Of a stretch of DNA of 64,000 nucleotides, positions 19,103-27,444 are shown piece after piece. The stretch spans positions 9,646 through 73,645 of the forward strand of contig CAJOCT010000001.1 in NCBI GenBank assembly GCA_905236725.1. Reading direction: 5' to 3'. The notes below the pieces were generated by a model that was given only the letters and a program-made list of their open reading frames with translations, did no database searches and was not told the origin of the DNA. The first letter of the stretch is position 1; the number at the start of each line of letters is the position of its first letter. The position numbers and the translations under genes are program-made. This stretch comes from an uncultured Selenomonadaceae bacterium. Lineage in GTDB: Bacteria; Bacillota; Negativicutes; Selenomonadales; Selenomonadaceae.

Positions 19103-20146
19103 TCAGACTTTTTTTTCCAGCTGTTGAATCAACTTCAAAGTTAAAATATTCATTCTGCTGAACAAATAGGTTGTAAGTGCAGTTTTATCCGTTATCGAAT
19201 CTAATTCCTTACGAATAAGTGAATCAAGTTCATATGCCGGAAGTTGCTCATAAATTTGCAGAACAATTCTTTCTATTCCGCAGTTCCCCATAAAAAAATC
19301 AAAAACTTTATATTTAAAGTCAGGAAACAATTTAAAAAATTTAAATTTCTCCATAAAATTATCCAAGTGAGCCATGCCAACGAAAAAATCTCTTACATGG
19401 CTGTGAATAATTTTTTCAACAGTTTTTACACTATGAAAAGTTGAGTTTTGACGAACACGGTAGATATAAATCGTATTCGGCACGGTCAAATATTTTTTTG
19501 CAGTGCATAATATGAAAAAACTAAATAAAAAATCATCTGAAATACTGAGCGGCGGAAATTCGATGTTCATTTTTACGAGCAAATCGCGCTTGATAAAATG
19601 TTGCCAAGGTGCCCAAGCAATTTTATGTTCAGAAAAATTAATCACACGTTTTGCAAAATCATTCGGTTCCCATTCGGGACTTGCAATTATGTCACGTCTT
19701 TCATTGGAAATCGCTTTAAGCAAATTTTTATCTGTGGTGACAGTTTCACCCGGTGCCGTGAAAAATTTTTGGCAATGAACGACATCGGCATCAAATTTTT
19801 TTGCAACATTATAAAGCTCTTCAAACGCGGTATCAGTTACAGCGTCATCGTCATCCATGAAAAACAGGTATTCGCCGCGCGAAATTTCAAGACCGCGATT
19901 CCTCGGAGTGCTCGGCATACCGCTGTTTTCAGATAACTTGACCAACTGTATTTTATATTGCCCTTCGCCATTCATATAATTTTCAACAATTTTGCAAGAA
20001 TCATCGGTTGAACAATCATCGACGACAATAATTTCGTAATCGTCAAAAGTTTGAGCAAGAATGCTGTCGAGACATTCGCCGATATATTTTTCAGCGTTAT
20101 ACATCGGAATAATTACAGAAATCGAAGGAATAAATTTTTTTGCCAT
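19103..20146 (-). CDS. Family 2 glycosyltransferase
   Basis: ISVIIPMYNAEKYIGECLDSILAQTFDDYEIIVVDDCSTDDS is the GT2 signature with the DxD region. Start moved to ATG 20146 (GGAGGTG SD). Confidence 0.85.
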   Translation of the reverse strand: MAKKFIPSISVIIPMYNAEKYIGECLDSILAQTFDDYEIIVVDDCSTDDSCKIVENYMNGEGQYKIQLVKLSENSGMPSTPRNRGLEISRGEYLFFMDDDDAVTDTAFEELYNVAKKFDADVVHCQKFFTAPGETVTTDKNLLKAISNERRDIIASPEWEPNDFAKRVINFSEHKIAWAPWQHFIKRDLLVKMNIEFPPLSISDDFLFSFFILCTAKKYLTVPNTIYIYRVRQNSTFHSVKTVEKIIHSHVRDFFVGMAHLDNFMEKFKFFKLFPDFKYKVFDFFMGNCGIERIVLQIYEQLPAYELDSLIRKELDSITDKTALTTYLFSRMNILTLKLIQQLEKKV

Positions 20147-20274
20147 GAAAACACCTCCGTAAAAAATCGCGGTCATTATATCATAAAATTTTTTTCCAAG
20201 ATAAAAAAATTTTCTATTCACTGCCACGCAAAAATGTTATAATCTTCTTCGCATTATAAATATTTTCAGGCAGT

Positions 20275-21927
20275 GTGATAAAAAAGATGACAGAAATAAA
20301 ATCCGACTCGCAATCTAAAAGCGAAAAATTTTTGAAGGGTACGTTTATTTTGACGGTGGCCAGTTTCGTCGTCAAAGTAATCGGCTCGCTGAATTGGATT
20401 TTCGTTTCGAGAATTTTGGGCGGCGAAGGAATCGGATTGTATCAAATGGCGTTTCCGATTTATTTTTTTGCGATAACGATTTCTCAAGCAGGCGTCCCCG
20501 TCGCAATTTCGATAATCACGGCGGAGCGCGTCGCCTTGAACGATATTTTCGGAGCGCGAAGAGTTTTTAAAATTTCTCTCGGGCTGATGTTGGCAACGGG
20601 AATATTTTTTTCGCTGATGACTTATTTTTCCGCGCAATGGCTCATCGACTTAAATTTAATTCGTGACGCACGCGCTTATAAATCGGTTGTGGCACTCGCG
20701 CCGACAGTTTTTTTCGTGACATTTCTCGCCGCGTCCAGAGGATATTTGCAGGGTTGGCAAAGAATGACACCGACCGCAGTCAGTCAAATCGTCGAGCAAA
20801 TTTTCCGCGTAATCGTCATGGTAGTTCTCGCGGGATTGTTTTTGCCTTACGGACTTGATTGGGCGGCGGCAGGTGCAAGTTTGGGCGCATTGGCGGGCGC
20901 GGTCACCGGCTTAATCGTTTTAATTTACTTCCACATAAAATTAAACAAATTCATCGAAAAAAATTACGCGGGACATTTAGACCCGACTCCGCAATCAGAA
21001 AAAGAATCGACTTCTTCAATAATCAAAAGAATTTTCAAACTCGCCTTGCCCGTCAGTGTTGCGTCGATAATGTTGCCCGTCGTGTCGAATTTAGATTTAA
21101 TGATTGTCCCTCAACGCCTTGAAGTTGCGGGATATTCGGTCAGGCAGGCGACTGAACTTTTCGGCTATTTGAACGGAATGGCAGTTCCCTTGATAAATCT
21201 CGCGACGATTTTAACCGCGTCACTTGCAATTTCGATAGTGCCGTCAATTTCCGAAGCGCGGGCGTTGAAAGATACCGCGCGAATTTTTCGGCAAACTGCG
21301 GCGGCGGTGAGAATTTCAAATTTCGTATGTTTCCCCGCCTTCGTGATAATTTTTTTCCTGGCAACTCCGATTTCAAGTTTAATTTATAACGCGCCGGGAG
21401 CAGGTCCCGCCGTAATGATTTCCGCAGTGTCGATAATTTTACTCGGACTGCATCAAGTTTCGACGGGCGTTTTGCAGGGACTCGGTCACACAACAATCCC
21501 GATGGTCAACATGGTTTTGGCGGCGATTGCGAAAGTCGTCTTGAACTGGACCTTAACGGCAATGCCCGAATTCGGAATTATGGGCGCGGCGTGGGCAACT
21601 GCGGCGGATATGGGCGTTGCGGCGTTCATAAATTTATACTTCATTTACAAATACATCGGCTATAAAATTGAACTCATTCAACTTTTGAAAACAATCGGCT
21701 CGGCGGCTGTTATGGCGGCGGTCGTCAAATTTTTCTACGACTTCACGATTATTAAATTCGGCTCGGAAATTTTTTCAACCTTCGGCGCAATTTTCTTTGG
21801 CGCACTGGTTTACGTTGCGGCAACTGCTTTGACCGGCGGACTTTTAAAATCCGACTTGGAAAGAATCCCGATGATCGGCAGACATTGCGCGAATTTTTTC
21901 AGACGCATCGGAATTTTTAAAGATTGA
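20275..21927 (+). CDS. MOP-superfamily polysaccharide/lipid II flippase (SpoVB/MurJ-like)
   Basis: About 14 predicted TM helices. N-terminus LKGTFILTVASFVVKVIGSLNWIFVSRILGGEGIGLYQMAFPIY is typical of polysaccharide biosynthesis (SpoVB-type) proteins. Start uncertain (GTG 20275 or ATG 20287). Confidence 0.75.
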   Translation: MIKKMTEIKSDSQSKSEKFLKGTFILTVASFVVKVIGSLNWIFVSRILGGEGIGLYQMAFPIYFFAITISQAGVPVAISIITAERVALNDIFGARRVFKISLGLMLATGIFFSLMTYFSAQWLIDLNLIRDARAYKSVVALAPTVFFVTFLAASRGYLQGWQRMTPTAVSQIVEQIFRVIVMVVLAGLFLPYGLDWAAAGASLGALAGAVTGLIVLIYFHIKLNKFIEKNYAGHLDPTPQSEKESTSSIIKRIFKLALPVSVASIMLPVVSNLDLMIVPQRLEVAGYSVRQATELFGYLNGMAVPLINLATILTASLAISIVPSISEARALKDTARIFRQTAAAVRISNFVCFPAFVIIFFLATPISSLIYNAPGAGPAVMISAVSIILLGLHQVSTGVLQGLGHTTIPMVNMVLAAIAKVVLNWTLTAMPEFGIMGAAWATAADMGVAAFINLYFIYKYIGYKIELIQLLKTIGSAAVMAAVVKFFYDFTIIKFGSEIFSTFGAIFFGALVYVAATALTGGLLKSDLERIPMIGRHCANFFRRIGIFKD

Positions 21928-21951
21928 AAAAATTTTTTATGAGGTGATTTT

Positions 21952-22259
21952 ATGGACGTAAATTTTGAACTCGGCGATTTAAAATTTTTTTGGGACAGCG
22001 AAAAAGCCGAAAAAAATTTTAGAAAACACAAAGTGAAGTTCGAAAATGCCGCGTTAGTTTTTCTTGATGAAAATTTAATCGAAAGTTATGACGAAGTTCA
22101 CAGCGACGATGAAGACAGAATAAAAGTCGTCGGCGAAGTTGAAAAAATTTTGGTGGTGTAATTTATACTGAACGCGGTGACAGGAACAGAATTATTTCGG
22201 CTCGACAGGCCACAAAATTTGAAAGGATGGAGTATTATGAGCAATTCAGTTTTTTATAA
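21952..22259 (+). pseudogene. brnT: BrnT-family (DUF497) toxin gene interrupted by a -1 frameshift
   Basis: Frame 1 gives FFWDSEKAEKNFRKHKVKFENAALVF...DRIKVVGEVEKILVV then stop at 22159-22161. The family's C-terminus IYTERGDRNRIISARQATKFERMEYYEQ continues in another frame from 22152. The shift lies at an A6T4G2 run. Confidence 0.7.
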
Positions 22260-22464
22260 AGGCGTTTATATCAGCAAAGAACAATTCGACGATATAAAAA
22301 ATATGCGCCAACTGTCTGATGATGAAATTGATCTTAGCGATATTCCTGAAATTACTCATGAAGAATTTGTGAGAATGAAAGAAAATCGTCGGCGCAGAAA
22401 AAATTTTGTTCACCCGACAATTAACCGAACGGATTTTGATTACAAAAGTCATTTCGCGATTTAA
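22237..22464 (+). CDS. BrnA-like antitoxin (atypical C-terminus)
   Basis: Overlaps the brnT 3' end. Contains the BrnA-typical segment DDEIDLSDIPEITHEEF. The expected RHH-like C-terminal region is not recognisable. Confidence 0.5.
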   Translation: MSNSVFYKGVYISKEQFDDIKNMRQLSDDEIDLSDIPEITHEEFVRMKENRRRRKNFVHPTINRTDFDYKSHFAI

Positions 22465-22502
22465 GTAAGGCGAAAAAATAATTTTTTTGCGGAAATAAAA
22501 AA

Positions 22503-22542
22503 ACTCCCGACGCAAAACTTTTTTGTATCGAGAGTTTTTTTT
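22503..22542. terminator. Bidirectional intrinsic terminator (brnA / HAD gene)
   Basis: Stem ACTCCCGA-N17-TCGAGAGT (one mismatch) with a flanking A-run and T-run. Confidence 0.5.
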
Positions 22543-23209
22543 ATTGAGCTGAAAAATTTATTTTCTGCAAAATTTCTTTCGGGTGATGAACGATAATTTT
22601 TGCTCCGCTTTCGATGAGTTCACTTTCTGGACGAAATCCCCAAGTCACGCCGATTGAAAAAAATCCCGCATTTTTCGCCGTGTTCATGTCAACTGCGGTG
22701 TCGCCGAAATAAGCAACTTCCGCAGGTTGAACGCCGAAACTTTCCGAAATTTCAAGAACACGCGTCGGATCGGGTTTTCGAGGCTTATCTTTTTCGTCGC
22801 CGATGACTTTGGAAAATTTAATCGGGCTTAAAATTTTTTCCGCGATAATCTGCGCGGCAAAGTTTTGTTTATTCGTGCAAATGCCGAGCGGAATTTTTTT
22901 TGTCTGAAGTTCCGATAAAAATTCCATAATTCCGTCATAAGGCTTAGTTTTGTTCAAGACGTGGCGGGAATAACAGCCGTCATAACATTTCAACGCCTCA
23001 AGCACAAAATTTTCATCGGCAGATTTTTCGGCGGGCAATGCGCGTTCCATCAATTTTTTTGCTCCGTTGCCTACAAATTTTCTGACTTCGTCAACTGTTC
23101 TCTGCGGAAAATTATAATGCGCCAACATTTCGTTGACGCTGTCCGCCAAATCTTCCAACGTGTCAACAAGTGTGCCGTCCATGTCAAAAATCGCGGCTCT
23201 GTAAATCAA
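22541..23209 (-). CDS. HAD-superfamily phosphatase (phosphoglycolate phosphatase-like)
   Basis: Motif I FDMDGTLVDT. Motif IV GDTAVDMNTAKNAG. Likely TTG start at 23209 after AAGGAGAAGG; the ORF-track GTG 23233 abuts the upstream stop. Confidence 0.8.
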   Translation of the reverse strand: MIYRAAIFDMDGTLVDTLEDLADSVNEMLAHYNFPQRTVDEVRKFVGNGAKKLMERALPAEKSADENFVLEALKCYDGCYSRHVLNKTKPYDGIMEFLSELQTKKIPLGICTNKQNFAAQIIAEKILSPIKFSKVIGDEKDKPRKPDPTRVLEISESFGVQPAEVAYFGDTAVDMNTAKNAGFFSIGVTWGFRPESELIESGAKIIVHHPKEILQKINFSAQ

Positions 23210-23233
23210 AATAACCTTCTCCTTTTCGTCCAC

Positions 23234-24319
23234 TTAATTTTCATTCGATTCAAGCGCGGCTTCGGTGTAATAACCGCTGCCGACCAAAATTTCTTTGACG
23301 TTGTTTTTGTCGAGAACAACCGGCGTGCAAAGATAAGCCGGCACAACAAATTTGTGATTATCAAAAGAAGTCGTGTCGTTAATTTCGGGTTCGGTGCCGT
23401 TGAGAACAGCCTCAATCATATTGACGCATTTTTCGGCAAGCACGCGCGTATCTTTGAAAACGGTCATTGCATGCCTGCCCGAGAGGATATATCTTGCCGC
23501 CTGAAGTTCCGCGTCTTGCCCGGTAATGAGCGGCCAATTTTCGCCGACTTTGTACCCCGCATTTGCAAGAGAATTTCCGATTCCGTAGCCGATTCTGTCA
23601 TTTGGAACGATAACCGCGTCAACTTTTTTGTCGTCCTTGTAATATTCCGCCAAAATATGATCCATTCTTTTTTGCGCAACTTCTTGAGACCAGCGAAGAG
23701 TGCAAATTAAATCGAAATCGGTTTGACCTGAAGGGACGATTAACTGACCTTTGTCGATGTACGGTTGAAGAACTTCAAAAACTCCGCTGTTGACGAAATG
23801 CGCGTTGTTGTCGTCGTGAGAGCCGGCGAAAAATTCAACGTTGTAAGGTCCTTTACCTTCCTTAAGTCCGAGTTTGTTCTCAACGTATTCCCCCATCAAA
23901 ATTCCCACGCCTTTATTGTCAAAGGTCGCGTAATAAGAAACCGCGTCGGTGTCCATCAACAATCTGTCGTAAGCGATGACGGGGATATTATTTTTTTTCG
24001 CCTTGTTAAGAACGTCCAAAAGTTTTGTGGAATCGACGGCGGAGACGACAATACATTTTGCGCCGTGTTTAATCATATCATCAATCTGCGAAATTTGCAT
24101 GTCGATATTGTTTTCGGCATATTCGAGGTCGACATGATAACCTTTTTTTTCGAGCAGTTCTTTCATATGATCGCCGTCTTTAATCCAGCGTCTGACGGTT
24201 TGGTCGGGCAAGGTTATCCCGATTAAATTTGAGTGCGATCTACCGCCGGAATTTTCTCCGCAACCTGCCGCAAAAATTAACATAAAAATTGCAATCAAGA
24301 CTGCCGAAAATTTTTTCAT
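23234..24319 (-). CDS. Monosaccharide ABC-transporter substrate-binding lipoprotein (ChvE/xylose-binding type), orphan
   Basis: Lipobox FAAGCG. Periplasmic-binding-protein type I pattern IGITLPDQTVRRW...IPVIAYDRL...ITGQDAE. No permease or ATPase adjacent. Confidence 0.75.
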   Translation of the reverse strand: MKKFSAVLIAIFMLIFAAGCGENSGGRSHSNLIGITLPDQTVRRWIKDGDHMKELLEKKGYHVDLEYAENNIDMQISQIDDMIKHGAKCIVVSAVDSTKLLDVLNKAKKNNIPVIAYDRLLMDTDAVSYYATFDNKGVGILMGEYVENKLGLKEGKGPYNVEFFAGSHDDNNAHFVNSGVFEVLQPYIDKGQLIVPSGQTDFDLICTLRWSQEVAQKRMDHILAEYYKDDKKVDAVIVPNDRIGYGIGNSLANAGYKVGENWPLITGQDAELQAARYILSGRHAMTVFKDTRVLAEKCVNMIEAVLNGTEPEINDTTSFDNHKFVVPAYLCTPVVLDKNNVKEILVGSGYYTEAALESNEN

Positions 24320-24337
24320 GCCATCTCCCCCCGTTTA

Positions 24338-24372
24338 TAATGCGTAATTCGTAATGCGTAATGCGCAATGAT
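24338..24372 (-). repeat. Heptamer tandem array (TAATGCG-type, 4 good copies plus 1 degenerate) in the 5' leader of the sugar-binding protein gene
   Basis: Plus strand reads TAATGCG TAATTCG TAATGCG TAATGCG CAATGAT. The array ends 18 nt from the ATG at 24319. A near-identical array is at 55938-55972. Confidence 0.85.
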
Positions 24373-24382
24373 GAAAAATGAA

Positions 24383-25267
24383 TTATCTCTTAACAATGTC
24401 GCCTTTTTGAATTAAGGGATTAACGCCGTCCGCCCTGCAAATGGAGTATTCGGCGTTGACTTCGACGACGGTAACCGTGCAAATGGAAATTGTTTTTACG
24501 CCGACAATTTTTCCGTTCACGACAATCGGGTCGCCTTCTCTTGAAACGAATAATTTTTCACCTTGACGCAAACCGCTTGTAAAGCCTTGATCTATGTAAA
24601 TATCTGAGCCGACAATTTCAGCAATTCTGCCCGAAAAAGGATTGGCGGTCTGAAGTTCACGCAAAAAATTTTCCGCCGCCTCCTTGCATGCGCCGCTGAA
24701 AGCCGTCTCCTCATTCGTGCCGTTACTTTTACCGCTGAAACTTTTTGCAAAAACAATTTCGCCCGTCTCGTTGTCCACAAATCTGACATCCAAGTCGATA
24801 TTTCCCGTGACTGCACCTTGATTGTTGAGCATTCCCGCAAGCACCGCAAGAGCCTTTGAGCCGTCAAGTTCGCCGCCGGAAGTTATTCCGACTGTTGCCA
24901 AAGCTCCAAGAAGATTTCCCGCAGAATTGTCCGTCGCCGAAGCCAGTGTAACTTTTCCGAGAAGGCTGTAATTTGCTCCCATTAACTTGCCGATTTCCAC
25001 AGCCTGCGCGGGATCGACGGCAATGTTTTGAAAGCCCTGCTCCCTTAAAATCGTACCCATTTGCAAACGCTCAACGACTGTATATTGACCGCTGTTTTGT
25101 ATGGCAACCGTTAACTGTTCGGTCATAATTTCTGCAACATTTTTTGCGCCTGAATTTGAAATATTTTCAAGAGGCATAACCGCAACAACTTTTTTTGCCG
25201 CCTCAACGGAAATCGACAGGCAAAAAATTAAAGTCATCGCGATAACCGCACTAAAAAATTTTTTCAT
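24383..25267 (-). CDS. Secreted CsgG/FlgO-like protein, paralog A
   Basis: Signal peptide then KKVVAVMPLENIS...AEIMTEQLTVAIQNSGQYTVVERLQMGTILREQGFQN, the CsgG/HfaB/FlgO-type N-terminal pattern. C-terminal beta-rich module ...IYIDQGFTSGLRQGEKL...GDIVKR. Start at ATG 25267 after GAGGAGG. Confidence 0.55.
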   Translation of the reverse strand: MKKFFSAVIAMTLIFCLSISVEAAKKVVAVMPLENISNSGAKNVAEIMTEQLTVAIQNSGQYTVVERLQMGTILREQGFQNIAVDPAQAVEIGKLMGANYSLLGKVTLASATDNSAGNLLGALATVGITSGGELDGSKALAVLAGMLNNQGAVTGNIDLDVRFVDNETGEIVFAKSFSGKSNGTNEETAFSGACKEAAENFLRELQTANPFSGRIAEIVGSDIYIDQGFTSGLRQGEKLFVSREGDPIVVNGKIVGVKTISICTVTVVEVNAEYSICRADGVNPLIQKGDIVKR

Positions 25268-25299
25268 CTCCACACCTCCTCAAAAAGAATTTACAGCAC

Positions 25300-26391
25300 T
25301 TAACGAACAGTCAAAGTCAAAGTGTTGTAAGAAATTGATTGCAAATTTAAATCCGCGTCCGTGTTCGCCTGAATCGAATTGAACAGCGTTTGGGGACTGC
25401 CGCCGTACATCACGGTAAAAACTGCCTTGCCGCCCTCGTAGCTTGAAAGATTGCAACTTTTCACGCCCGCAACGCTCCCGATAGCCGACTGCACAAGATT
25501 TATTTTTTGGAAAGATGAGCCGTAGACAATGACCTCAATTCCCTGTTGGCTCGTGTACATTCCCGTAATTTGCTGAACGAAATATTCGCCCATCTGCTGA
25601 CCTGCCTTAGCCAACGCTTTTTTCGACGCAACCGCTTGAGAGTTGTCCAAACCCGACGCAAATTTTCCGTCCGCGCCGATAATTTGCCCTGTTCTGACGA
25701 TGAACATTTTTGCTTCGACTCTCGCGCGGCAAGCCTGCATATTTGAAGTTTGACGACCGGGCAACCATTGCGCGGGATCTCCCACTCCTTCGCTGAACGC
25801 CTCGCCGACAATCATAATATCCACGCCGAATTGTTTCGCCGCACTCGTCAACTGTTGCGCCGTCATATTCAGCGGATTGGCAACATTCATTCTTGAACCG
25901 ACTTCCGTAACCTGCGAAAAACCCGCGTCAATCAGTGCCTTGACAATCGCCGTCTCGCCCGCAGGATCGGGTACTCTGTACTGAATGTGCGTTTCGGGAA
26001 CGTAAACCGCGATTTTCGGATTTCTAAGTTGAATATTGATAATTCCAAGCCGCGTCAATTCGTTCATCAGTTTTGAATTCGGACTGTCGTCAACCGTCGC
26101 GTTTATTGTGACTTGCCAAAGTCCCGAAATTTGCTGTCTGTTGATAACTTTGTAATCGGTGACGAAGCCGCGCGATTGAGTGTAAATTTGGTCTTGAATG
26201 ACCATATTTTTTTCGACAAGAGTGCTTGAGTCGACAAGAACGCCCAAAGCATTTTCAACTGCCATTCGCAAAGCGTCGTTTTCAGCGTCAGAGGCGGTAA
26301 CTCCCGAACCCGTGACGGTAACATTTTTTGCCAACGCCGAGCCCGTCAAAAAAATCAGCGCGACTAAAATCAGCGGAAAAATTTTTTTCAT
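25300..26391 (-). CDS. Secreted three-module protein, FlgT/LPP20-like N-terminal domain
   Basis: Signal peptide ending SALA-KN. N-terminal GSGVTASDAENDALRMAVENALGVLV resembles the LPP20/FlgT_N pattern. 363 aa, similar to FlgT length. Start is 4 nt after the upstream stop, suggesting translational coupling. Confidence 0.35.
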   Translation of the reverse strand: MKKIFPLILVALIFLTGSALAKNVTVTGSGVTASDAENDALRMAVENALGVLVDSSTLVEKNMVIQDQIYTQSRGFVTDYKVINRQQISGLWQVTINATVDDSPNSKLMNELTRLGIINIQLRNPKIAVYVPETHIQYRVPDPAGETAIVKALIDAGFSQVTEVGSRMNVANPLNMTAQQLTSAAKQFGVDIMIVGEAFSEGVGDPAQWLPGRQTSNMQACRARVEAKMFIVRTGQIIGADGKFASGLDNSQAVASKKALAKAGQQMGEYFVQQITGMYTSQQGIEVIVYGSSFQKINLVQSAIGSVAGVKSCNLSSYEGGKAVFTVMYGGSPQTLFNSIQANTDADLNLQSISYNTLTLTVR

Positions 26392-26395
26392 ATCC

Positions 26396-27268
26396 TCAGC
26401 CCCGTTTTACAATATCGCCTTTTTTTATCGCAGAGGAATTTTCAGCCCGACAAATTGAATATTCCGCGTTGACCTCGATAACTTTGACTTTGCAAATTGC
26501 GTTGGTTTTCATCGCAACAATTTTTCCCTTGACGACAATCGGCGTACTTTCGCGGGCAACAATGAGAGTTTCGCCCTTTTGCAATCCGCTTTCCGAGCCT
26601 TCGTCGATATAAATTTCATTTCCCGAAATTTCGACGATTCGCGCGGCGAAAGGATTAACGCTTTGAACTTCCTTTAAAAAATTCTGCGCGGCAACTTTGC
26701 AAGCCTCGTTCAAAGTCATTTCGGGATTTTTTCCGCTCTTACTGCCTTCAAAAGTTTTTGCGAAAACAACTTCACCGGTTTTGTTATCGACAAAGCGCAC
26801 GTCCATTGCAACTTTCGCCTTAATCTGATTTATAAAACTCGTACTTTGCCCGATTATGGTGCCGCGTCCGCCGTCAAGTTTTTTCACTATGTTATTTAAA
26901 ACATTTCCGCCGGCATCTTTCGTGATAACTGCCATCGTGACTTTTCCGACGACCGAATAATCCGCGCCGTTCATTTCGCCCATTTCGACGGGATTGCCTG
27001 AAGTAAGATTTTGAAAGCCTTGCTCCTTCAAAATTCTGCCCGCCTGCGCTCGTTCGGAGACGGTGTAATTTCCGCTGTTGGCAATCTGCACCATCAAATT
27101 TTCCGTCATAATTTCTGCAACTTTGTATTGTGTAAACCCCGAAATATTTTCAAGAGGCATAACGGCAACAACTTTTTTCGCCGCCTCTGCGGAAATCGAA
27201 CTGCACAAAATCCACGCGATAACCGCCATAACCGCCAGCGTACTTAGAAAATTTTTTAAACTTTTCAT
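26396..27268 (-). CDS. Secreted CsgG/FlgO-like protein, paralog B
   Basis: Shares long identical stretches with paralog A: EAAKKVVAVMPLENIS, DVRFVDN.TGE.VFAK, VNAEYSICRA, KGDIVKR. Start at ATG 27268 after GGGAG. Confidence 0.55.
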   Translation of the reverse strand: MKSLKNFLSTLAVMAVIAWILCSSISAEAAKKVVAVMPLENISGFTQYKVAEIMTENLMVQIANSGNYTVSERAQAGRILKEQGFQNLTSGNPVEMGEMNGADYSVVGKVTMAVITKDAGGNVLNNIVKKLDGGRGTIIGQSTSFINQIKAKVAMDVRFVDNKTGEVVFAKTFEGSKSGKNPEMTLNEACKVAAQNFLKEVQSVNPFAARIVEISGNEIYIDEGSESGLQKGETLIVARESTPIVVKGKIVAMKTNAICKVKVIEVNAEYSICRAENSSAIKKGDIVKRG

Positions 27269-27444
27269 TTTGTCCAACTCCCTGTCATTTTCACACTTCT
27301 TTTTTCAAAAATATTTTAGCAAAAAAACTTTCAATTTACTTTAGAAACTCATTAAAAATTTTTAATTATTTTACTTGCAGAAAAAAATATGTCAATGTAT
27401 ACTGTTGCGAAAAAAATTTTTTCATGAAAGGAAGTTGTTTTCAG

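Noticed and set aside
22961-23710. 249-aa plus-strand ORF spanning the HAD/sugar-binding-protein junction
   Set aside because: Antisense to two recognisable genes, with no motif and no SD.
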